From Bugula neritina (taxonomy: Eukaryota > Animalia > Bryozoa): 64,000 bases of DNA. Below, one piece after another: positions 53,470-64,000 of the stretch. Position numbers and translations under genes: made by a program. The notes under the pieces are model-generated. The model was not told the origin of the DNA, did not search any database, and saw only the letters and a list, made by a program, of their open reading frames with translations. The first letter of the stretch is position 1; each line of letters opens with the position of its first letter. The stretch covers positions 4,186,662-4,250,661 of the forward strand of contig OZ037770.1 of the NCBI GenBank assembly GCA_964035545.1, in the 5' to 3' direction.

Positions 53470-56400
53470 GCGGCAGGCAGGCAGACGGACAGGCAGGCAG
53501 ACAGACAGACAGATGGATGGATTAAATATAATAAAGAGATATTATAGACTAAATAATATGCTCTACGCTTACTTTAGCATATCAATTTATTTTGCTTTCA
53601 AACTGGTACGTTAAACATGCCTAGACTTGCAGTTTTATAATATATGCTTTGATGTACCAGTGTATCAAAACTTTACCCAACAGTTCTAAAATCTGTAAAA
53701 ACCTAACTTGAAAAGTACAAATCAAAACATGCTACTGTATGTTGTTTTCAATAGTTCATTATATATATACAGTTCGTCAAAGAGTATCATGCAGGGTATG
53801 ACTGGTTTTGTGCAAGCTATGAGAAAGTAAATTTTAATTTATAATAACATGCAAATCGTGCTCCAAATGTTTTAATATAAAATTGCAACAGGAAAAATGT
53901 TGTGAGACTGAACGGCTTTCTAATGTTCCTGTTGCACTTATACCTATATATAGGTGGCCTGCTTTACTAATATACCGTATGATGAACAACAAATTACAGT
54001 ACAACAGAAAAAATATTTACCTTTAGTATTTGCAAGTGATACTGTAAATACTTCGCTGTCATTCACCGAGATGTTAGCCACCGCTTTTTGTTTCCTACAA
54101 AGCAAAGAAACTTTATATAAGGATTGAGTAATGTGTCAAAACTTTGTACTAAACTTGTTTAATGATTATTATTAATTTGAAGTAATGCTACAAAATTCCA
54201 AAATGCAAGTGGGAACTTCTGTCTGGCCCTACAGTCGTCATTCTTGCACCAACACACATGTTAAAAAGACAACAATACTAGACTATACAACTCAGTTACA
54301 TCTCAGCTGTATATTTTTTAGATACCCATAACCATGCAAAACTGGAGTCTTTTATACACTGACCAATTGTTTTTATCCATAAATTTTTAGTTTGCCTTTT
54401 CATACCTATGCTTATAGCTATAACAATGTTTGCTTAAATCTTTTAGTCAGTTAAAGCTACAGTTATAACTTCTCTGTTATTTTTTATGCTAAAAAACTTT
54501 GATATAAAAGAAATATTTAATTTAAATTAGACTGTATAAAAAGGGCTAGACTTTATTTAGTATTTCACATTGCATACTTACCAGTAGGACTCGGGTCTAA
54601 TCAACATGATTGGAACAAGTAACTGAATCACTATGGCAGCCATAATTAGTAGCGTCGCTTGATAGCCGAGGTTATCAAACAGAACTCTAAAGGTGGGTGG
54701 TATAACTAACGTTCCTAAACCAGCACCAGCTGTGACTAAACCAACAGCTATGCTTTTTCTATTATCAAAGTAAACAGTTACCGTCCAAATCATTGACATG
54801 AACGATGCTCCAATCCCCAAGCCTAAAATATCACAAGCTGTTAACATAATATTTTAAAGCTGGAAATGATAATGAAGTATCTAAATAATTAAATTAAAAA
54901 AGAACTGAATAACAATATTTTTATACTAACTTATAAAACTATGCATAAAGCAAATCTAAAGAAATAATATATGCACTTGTCCTCTAAAGGTTTAAATAAT
55001 ATGGCGATATGTTTACCTATGAGTGAAGTTGCCACACAAAGAAACCCTATATTTGGTGCAAATGCAAGAAGGACATGTCCGAGAGCCATGAGTAAAACTC
55101 CAACAAATCCTACCACTCTGTGTTGTATTCTTGTCAACGAGTAACCAACTACTGGGCCTGTAGTATAAAAAGCAAGATTTTAGCTACAAGTAATCAAGCA
55201 AACAACTAACCTAAAGGAATCAGAAATAATTAAAACTTGTATCATATTTATTGCTGAAATTTCAACATACTCTTAAGAATGGTAGAAAACCACAACATAA
55301 TAATTAACCATTTGATTAATTTACTATTGCAATGCTGACAAACTGAATACTATTATTTTTGCGATTTATAAATAATACAGTGTGACAACATGTTTTGCAA
55401 TACAAATTCTCAAATTACTTGCTAAAACAACTTATGCTTATGTGATTTCGACGAGTTTCAGTTTGACTATAAAGGAGTACTCGGACAAGCATTATTAACT
55501 TAAATTCAGTACTTTTTTCAGCAAAGGTATAAACGCAACTTTAAGGTAATAAAAATCAAATTATTAAAAGTCATGTTAAGAAGAATCAAGTTGAAATAGG
55601 TCAATTGTTAGCAAAGGTCAACTAAGATGCCAAGTCTGATGATAAAGGTCAAGCTAGTAAAGGTCATGCTAATAAAGGTCAAGTTAGTAAGGGTAAAATA
55701 AGATGTCACTCCAGCTGATGTAGTATTAAGAGTATAGTCACTTACCAACTGCTGTAGCTAAGACAAATGGTAATATAGCAATCCATACACCAGTCTCATC
55801 ACTGATGTTGTACACTGATTTAGTTTCTACCAGAATAATTCCTATGATTCTAGCTTGAGTGGGAGAGAATGCATACACTAGACAGCATACTAAAATTGAT
55901 TTTAATGCGTTAAGAATAAAGTATATTACGCAAAATTACTTTCGCATTCAAAAGAAACAGTTTTTCATTAACTGAAAAGACACAACAAGAGTTGATAGGT
56001 TTTGCAAGAAACTAATTTAAAACTTCATACCTGATTGTGTTTTTATTTCACGATGAAATATGTGACCCAGGCAGTCAGAAAAGCACTTTGTGACAAAATT
56101 CACATTTTTAGTTAAAGCTTGATTCTTATTTGCCTCTTTATACTGATTGATTTGCAGTTTAAATTTTCGAAATCGGACCATTATTGTAATAGTGGTCCGA
56201 TTTCAAAAATTTAAACTGCAAATCAATCAGTATAAAGAGGCAAATAAGAATCAAGCTTTAACTAAAAATGTGAATTTTGTCACGAAGTGCTTTTCTGACT
56301 GCCTGGGTCACATATACTAAAGTTTGTTATAGCAGGGACAGTTGTGAGACTGATATTATACTATTTAAACATGAACCAAAATAGTATTAGACTATCAAAA

Positions 56401-56828
56401 TTGTCTACGGGAAAATTTTTAAGTGTATTTAAATAATAAGTATAAATAAAGTGACTGAAGCTTTAAGTATTATATAAGGTATGTAAATTAATTACAATAA
56501 ACAGTCTGACTCTAAATTATATATTTACAGTAATTCATCAAAAACTAATTTTCAGCCAAGCATAATTTATTGGTTTTCTAAAATCTACTGTCAGACATGA
56601 CTCAGCAAATTGATTATATATAGCAATGTGCAACTTTTAGATATTATATAGTCTTCTTTAGCCAAACAGGCTTTTGATGAACAAAAATGTTTTCAGCCTA
56701 TGTATGAATGATTAGCAATGGACCTATCATAAAGTAAGTGCAGGTGAAAATAAACGATAAGCAAGTTTACCTGCAGCTACGAGCCAGGAATATTTGCTGT
56801 CAACAGGATAATTCGTGTCATTCTGCAT
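49971..56828 (-). CDS. MFS transporter, SLC16/monocarboxylate transporter-like (~455 aa)
   Basis: Exons 56828-56771, 55889-55746, 55157-55017, 54822-54582, 54094-54021, 53065-53022, 52068-51889, 51302-51110, 50665-50528, 50125-49971; all phases match; 1368 nt. Motifs [36 protein letters not shown] and DILSR are SLC16-like. Confidence 0.88.
53215..53520. repeat. (AGAC)n/(AGGC)n compound microsatellite
   Basis: Seen directly. Confidence 0.95.
56058..56315. mobile_element. Near-perfect ~258-bp palindromic MITE in MFS intron 1
   Basis: atatgtgacccaggcagtcagaaaagcact... pairs with ...agtgcttttctgactgcctgggtcacatat over ~125-bp arms with few mismatches. Confidence 0.9.
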
Positions 56829-56881
56829 TATTTTGGAATTTCTGTTTTTGTTTTATCCAGTAATCTACGGTTTGATTCCAG

Positions 56882-56883
<2 letters not shown>

Positions 56884-56948
<65 letters not shown>
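56884..56948. repeat. (TA)n microsatellite
   Basis: Seen directly. Confidence 0.95.
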
Positions 56949-56949
<1 letters not shown>

Positions 56950-56951
<2 letters not shown>

Positions 56952-57215
56952 CATGCTCTACTCTGACATACGCTGCAAAAACAAATTCATAATCATAGCA
57001 TATATTATAAAAAGAAACTCACGCAAGTTTATAGAAACCCCTGATAGAAAGGGCTTTTTGATTAGGTAAGCTAAGAACTTGTTTAAATGACGCACAAGAG
57101 CAATTATGACTGGATGCTCTTCCAAAAAAATCACCAATGGCTGCTGTCTGGGCTCGAACCCATGACCTCCAGTACACTAGGCAAACACTCTAACCCTTAG
57201 ACCACCGCTGCTCCC
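56950..57215 (-). mobile_element. tRNA-derived SINE
   Basis: Minus strand GGGAGCAGCGGTGGTCTAAGGGTTAGAGTGTTTGCCTAG...GGGTTCGAGCCCAG (A and B boxes); 3' boundary approximate. Confidence 0.6.
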
Positions 57216-58854
57216 TTTGTTTAATAGTAATACTATAGTATATTATTATATATATTAAATATAATATACTTACATGAAACCAGATTATACACTGATGCTT
57301 ATATTATTTTACTGTCCGTTATACTTGAATATTGACATTCTACTGAAGTATTTATACAACTCCAAATAAATGAGCTGCAAGCTATAACATTAAACTGTCA
57401 AATTAATGTTGGCATTAACATCTGTCATATAAAACGACTCTCATGTGCTATAATGATTCTATAGGCTTATTTTTGTGTAGAAATGTCATAACACATTAAA
57501 TAATAAATTATTCACATACAATAAACTATAATCAATTTAATTTTCTGACAGTCTTGGAACAACTGTTGACACATTTGAAAACCTTTTTTACAAAACTGCA
57601 TAGTCTGTGATTTACATGTATATATAGAATTATTTATAAGGTAAATTGTATATAATTATACAAGGCAAGAATTTTATATAACGGCAAATAAATCATTTTA
57701 CTGTAAATTTATGGTAAATAAAGCAATGATACAAGAAAAACAGCAAGCAGTGTGTGTAAGTCCCAGAGAATACTGTCATTCTGCATTATTTTGGAATTTC
57801 TGTTTTTGTTTTATCCAGTAATCTACAGATTGATTCCAGAAATAAAAAAAAGCTAAGTGGGCCAATTTTAGAGAGACAACTTTATTTTATATAATTTTCA
57901 ACTTCACAATAATCTATAAGAAGAAATTGCACTAATCTTGTCCAATAAATTATTCTGAAATGTAAAATATTTAGCTTTTTATAATTGTTGAGACAACCTA
58001 CTGTGAATGATCTACAAGTGTGTATTTTAACATCATTATTGCATGTTTAGTTTTATTTAATTGATATAAATTTGTACTTTTTAAAAGGGTGTCATGCATT
58101 CCAAAAAGTGAAGAAATAAATATTTTCTGCTAAAATTATAACTGACTGATTCAAAATGATGGGAGTTGTGCTCACCATTCCCATCAATAATGGCATAAAG
58201 TAAAGCGTGCTTATTTACGCATTTACATTATGTAAACTGTGGGTACGCATGTGATTGGTATAAATATAAAAATGTGTATATAAGCTAGCCAAAGTTTTGA
58301 GAATAGTTTAAATTCTATTATAGTCACCAGCATAAAACAACTATGTTTGCATTTTTCTTGATGCATGGAGATTTTGAATATTGCTCTTTTATAAAAATGA
58401 TAACAAATGGACTGATGGCTTGAAAAAAACAACATTTATTTGTTAGCCTACAAATATTAATATATACAAAATGATTACACATTGACGCTTTTCTGAAAAA
58501 AGGAAAAAATGATTTCGAACTAATATTTATTAATTTACGCTTGTAATGCCAATGGATTTATAGGTGTACCATGCAGGTTATGTTTGTGAACACCTTAAAT
58601 ATACATGTTTTATATAGTATTGGTGTTATATAATGAGTCTATAATATAAAAGAAACTTGTTGGAACAGAAGTTGCGGTTTTAGAGTAAACGGTTGAATAA
58701 AAGTTCCAAAAGCGGTAGGGCAACTTCAAATTGATGTATTATTTTGTATTTAATTAATTCACATTTGGCTATTGGTTTTATTTTAAATATAATTTGACAA
58801 ACTACATAAAGACAAATAATAGCATACACACAAATAATTAAACTGTGCTGAATT

Positions 58855-59483
<629 letters not shown>

Positions 59484-59578
<95 letters not shown>

Positions 59579-59595
59579 TATATATATATATATGT

Positions 59596-59672
<77 letters not shown>
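59484..59672. repeat. (TA)n microsatellite, right flank of the ribozyme repeat
   Basis: Seen directly. Confidence 0.95.
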
Positions 59673-59675
<3 letters not shown>

Positions 59676-60239
59676 CTTACAGCTTGGAATATAATCTGCG
59701 CATCATGATGTAATATTTAGAATATTTATAATTACATAGACTTGTTATTACACAATGCTGTTCAGAATTTCAGGTATGAAACTTATTTCCTGGTTAATTG
59801 GATTTGATTATTAATTACATATACTTATTAATTCACAGTGCTGTTCAGAATTGTGAAAATGAAACTTATTTCCTGATTATTTTAGACAGTCAGTATTAAG
59901 GGTTATATATGTAATTAAAATTACCACTTTCTATCCTCATGAATTTTGGCAAGCAGTTTGCTGTCATGGCCAAGAACATAATTACAATTAAATTCATTAA
60001 CTGAAATCAATAAGAAAAGCATTAGTTAATTCATTGAAGAATGTAATAATATAATAATATGCTGTACCTAAAGGAAAATGATGAGTTATAAATGCAAATA
60101 TCAGAACACTTCAAATTTTCCAATCAGTGACATGCTTTATATACATGTATATATATACTCAATTTTGAATATTTTAACGAATGTAACCAGTAATACAAGT
60201 TGTATTCTAAAACCAGGTTGCATTTGAAAAAACTTTGTT

Positions 60240-61169
60240 ATGGAAAACATCAGCAGTTTGTGTGATGATGTCACTGACTTTTGTGTAGATTCTACTAGAT
60301 ATGAATGCTTTTTGTCTCTCAGCGTTATCAGCGTTATACTCAACTCCGCAAACCTGGTATTTCTCAAGAAGTTGGAGAAGTCAAAGAGATCCGCATATTT
60401 CTGGATCGTGGTGAACATTGGTATCTGTGACATCATGACTTGCTTCAGTCGTTCTCTGGCAGTCAGCTGTAAGTTGAACAAGATCATTTTAACTTTACCG
60501 ATCATTGGTATTCGTATCCTTCAAGTAGCAACTACAGTGCTTTCAGCTGTCCCGTTTGTTGTGGGAAACCTAATCCTGGCTATTGGCAGCTATGAGCGAT
60601 ATGTCTCCATATGTTGTCCTTATCAGGTAAACACTAACAAAATAGTAAACAATATTAAACTCTGCTTGGGCATAGTGTGGATCCTCAGTTTTATTCTTGC
60701 GACAACCGTTTTTGTCATCAATCCTGACGAGTATTGCTTTAGCCAGTTTGGAGCTATGCCCAGTAAACCTAACACTCAGATGAGTGTCGCCTTTATCGGA
60801 TCCATCACAACTACCTTCTTTATTTCTGCCATCTGTCTATCGAAAGCTTGGAGAGAGTTAAAGAGAATGCAGTCAAGAAGTCCAGTTCCAGCACAAGATG
60901 ATCTGCTAGTGAAGAGGTCCGCTCAGTACATTATAATAGTTGCCATTTCGCTTCACCTATCTTACGTGATCATAGTCATGTCGGCTGTTTCCAGTAGTGT
61001 TGATAATTTTGCAAGAGATTTGAATAATGTAGTTAAATGGATTTGTTATTTTTACATTACATCCTACAGCATTTTTAATGTTGCGTTGTATGTTTTCATT
61101 ACCCCAGGCTACCGTGTTCATGTAATGAATGTACTCAATCTGAAGAAACCCACAGTAAGACCAGTTTGA
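60240..61169 (+). CDS. Intronless rhodopsin-class-like 7TM GPCR (divergent, orphan)
   Basis: 309-aa ORF with seven hydrophobic segments; TM1 Asn (LNSAN), TM2 NIGICD, TM3 SYERYVSICCP (D/ERY motif), TM4 Trp, TM7 FNVALY plus helix 8 PGYR. Confidence 0.88.
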   Translation: MENISSLCDDVTDFCVDSTRYECFLSLSVISVILNSANLVFLKKLEKSKRSAYFWIVVNIGICDIMTCFSRSLAVSCKLNKIILTLPIIGIRILQVATTVLSAVPFVVGNLILAIGSYERYVSICCPYQVNTNKIVNNIKLCLGIVWILSFILATTVFVINPDEYCFSQFGAMPSKPNTQMSVAFIGSITTTFFISAICLSKAWRELKRMQSRSPVPAQDDLLVKRSAQYIIIVAISLHLSYVIIVMSAVSSSVDNFARDLNNVVKWICYFYITSYSIFNVALYVFITPGYRVHVMNVLNLKKPTVRPV

Positions 61170-62604
61170 GATTTCTATTACAATTTCAAAAACTATTGTA
61201 GGCTCTTCAATAAGTGTTTGATTGTTGTTCCTAAATCTTGTACTAAATTACAACATGTTCTATAAAGACTCAGTTCTCTGGAACTGTTGGAAAACCCATG
61301 TATTTTTTGTTTGTTTTTTGTGTGTCCTAACATTTATTGTATACCAATCCTAATGCTAAAGTAGAAATACGTATTGTGAAACGAATGAAATAGAAAGAAG
61401 ATTATCATTCTACATATTTATATTGTGAAAAAACAGAACGATTTATATAGAAAGAATGTTTTGCAAATTATTAAATATTATTATATTTTCTTGAACTTAT
61501 GTAGCTATTAAAATATTATACGTGTGTGTTTTGAGAAACCAATATAAACTTTGGCCTCATAGCCAGCAAAAATATGGTATGCAGTATAAAAACATGCTTT
61601 ATACAGTTTTTTATTGTCTAAATAAAATGTCTTTATAAAATTCAGAATATAAAACTCTGCATCTGCCAACAGGAATGCATTAAAAGTTATAATTAGCTAT
61701 GAGTCATTGTTGTCATAGTGATAAGAAGCTATTATAGATTAATATTAGAACAATAGCTTACTATGCATGAGGTTGACAGTTAAAGATGTTGGACTGCTAA
61801 AAATTTAAAAGTTATATCGAGCCTTTGAACCTGAACATGGCTAAATTGACACCTGGTATCATTATATAGCTATTATATATACTCTTTACCTAACACAGCA
61901 TTCCTGTGAAGTCAAAGTGTTATTATAATATAAGATACAGAGACTCAGGTACTAAAACAGGGCAAGGTTAGCTATAATAAATAAAACACCCAAAAAAGCA
62001 GAAGTAAACCCAATAGCATATTTTAATAAACAATACATGTATATTTCAGCTGTGATAAACATAGTTGTTTTTGCTGCTTGAAACCGTGCCTAGCTATGCA
62101 ATAAGGGCTCAGGGCTCAGTGTTGTGTAACTACAACATTTACCAGCACTTAATGGTGTGAGTTAAATTACTGGTTTTAGAGACTGATATATACTTTCAGT
62201 TACAAACTTGACCTTATAATTTACATCAATATCTTATTATCACTTGATATAGACTAGTATGACAATACCTAATCAATTTAATTACAAAACGGTTATTATA
62301 CTGGCAGAAACTGCAGTGTCATATGTCATTTGCAAACACATATTTGATATAATAATTAATTTCAATACACTATATAATAAACACTGACTGTAATCAAGCT
62401 ATCATATATTATCTCAAGCAAGGTCACCATGTATATTATTTCTACTCTTGGATCTTAATCAGTACTACTTGAGTTTCGATAAAAAATTTAAGACATGATG
62501 TCTGCAAGTTTTGTATCTTGCAGCTATAAGTGTTCATTGCATGACCCACGTATACGATATTTAATTTTGATTAGTGCTAATATGCATACAAGTATGTAAC
62601 TATA

Positions 62605-62854
62605 TTTGTTTTGTTTGTTTGTTTGTTTGTTTTTATTTTGTCGTTGTCGGGGAAAAATTGATTGAGAAAAAATACACAAAATGACAGGGCCTATGGCGCA
62701 ATAGCACTGTAGCTAGTTGAGGCACCGAGCCATGAATGGTTGACAGTTATATAAGATTTTTGTTTAGGTTTTTGGAAAGTTTTAGCAACTCAAAGAGTAT
62801 TATTTTTTTATCTGGAAATTTGCCATTAGGTGGTCTCTCAGGGCAAGTTTGAAA
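62605..62854 (-). mobile_element. Short 3' fragment of the same CR1-group LINE as 620-1265
   Basis: Reverse complement of ~1026-1265, encoding FKLALRDHLMANFQIKK*, the 3' UTR and the (AAAC)n tail. Confidence 0.9.
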
Positions 62855-62984
62855 TCACACATGCAAACACACAACACATATGCAACACACGCAAACACGC
62901 ACACATGCACACACACACGCACATACCTACACACAAGCACACACGCACACACGCAAACGCACACACACTCACATTCGCACACGT

Positions 62985-63048
<64 letters not shown>

Positions 63049-63061
63049 ACACACACACACA

Positions 63062-63130
<69 letters not shown>
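62855..63130. repeat. (CA)n microsatellite
   Basis: Seen directly. Confidence 0.95.
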
Positions 63131-63131
<1 letters not shown>

Positions 63132-63249
63132 GTAAAAGCTTCAGAAGATGAGTTGTCATATAATAGGCGACAACGGCAAATAGCTTAGGCAAGTTGCTAC
63201 CAAACATGAAAGATGAAAAAATTTACAAACTAACTTATTGTCATTATTA

Positions 63250-63332
63250 GCTAGTTCCTGTAGTGCAATGATTTGTTGCAATAAGCTTGCAAGATGGAGG
63301 TTTTGAGTTCGAATTACATTGAGGGCAACAAC
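63250..63332 (+). mobile_element. Possible degenerate tRNA-derived SINE head
   Basis: A-box-like tagtgcaatg and B-box-like gagttcgaat at tRNA-like spacing. Confidence 0.3.
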
Positions 63333-64000
63333 TTTTACAAAATCGAAAAATAAAAGGTAACTATTATATCACTCTTTGTAGTAGCCTACTAAAAGTACTT
63401 TAATTTCCATAATTTTCAAGTATTTGTGTAAAATAAAATAGCATTTAAAGTTATTTAATTATGTCTCACTAAGTTTAGTTTTTTATAAACAATAACAGCT
63501 GTTACAAATTTAACCTAAATAATTTTGATAAACTGATTCAGTTAAACCTATTAACCTTTATGCAATCACCTTAATTTACAGTTATGTAATATTAAAGCTC
63601 GTTTGAGTTCAACGTGAATTTTGCTATAGCTATCAACTTTTGGCATAACTTGTAGTTCTATTATTAAAAAGTTGCAATAGCTGTGGGCCTCACATAAACT
63701 AATTAATATAATTTTAAAAGTATTTTCTAGTATAAAAAGTATTTTAAAGGGTCAGGAGACCACAACTCCAGCTGTAATCCATCACTATAATTAGGTCTCT
63801 CAAAGCTGCAATTTGAATTATTGTCAAAAACACAATTATTACAATAAAAAGGTGGAAGTTCATATTTTTATGAATTAAATTAAACAGCTAATTTTGAGTT
63901 TTACAGATTTTCATACATATAGTGCTTGAAATATCATTTTATTTCCGTGCTGACAAGGTATCATTGGTAACGACAATAAAACACTTTGGTAATGATAAGA

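Noticed and set aside
57139-57215. Possible tRNA gene (likewise 18193-18262)
   Set aside because: A and B boxes are present, but I could not fold a full cloverleaf with a paired acceptor stem; treated as SINE heads

Overview
AT-rich, intron-containing eukaryotic DNA that looks like an invertebrate animal genome; the species cannot be determined from the sequence alone. Genes reconstructed by hand from GT-AG sites and phase checks: (1) a 15-coding-exon TMTC3 O-mannosyltransferase (+, 4939-14859) with an apparent 2-nt frameshift in coding exon 2 and an intron made entirely of a 38-bp repeat that contains the splice acceptor; (2) a 5-exon MS4A/CD20-like four-TM gene (+, 19549-30824); (3) two tandem paralogs of an orphan acidic protein with C-terminal TM helices (-, 33483-35628 and 40963-43023), lying in a ~8-kb tandem duplication that also copies the last two MS4A exons; (4) a 10-exon SLC16/MCT-like MFS transporter (-, 49971-56828); (5) an intronless rhodopsin-class-like GPCR (+, 60240-61169) and a pseudogenised paralog fragment (~48780-49256). 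The rest is CR1-group LINE 3' ends, many MITEs (some nested), tRNA-derived SINEs, palindromes and microsatellites. Most notable is a non-coding, highly structured ~271-283-nt head-to-tail repeat carrying a type I hammerhead ribozyme, embedded in a (TA)n tract (58972-59484), with a diverged third copy at ~43696-43890. It is a candidate retrozyme (circular-RNA-producing retroelement) family.
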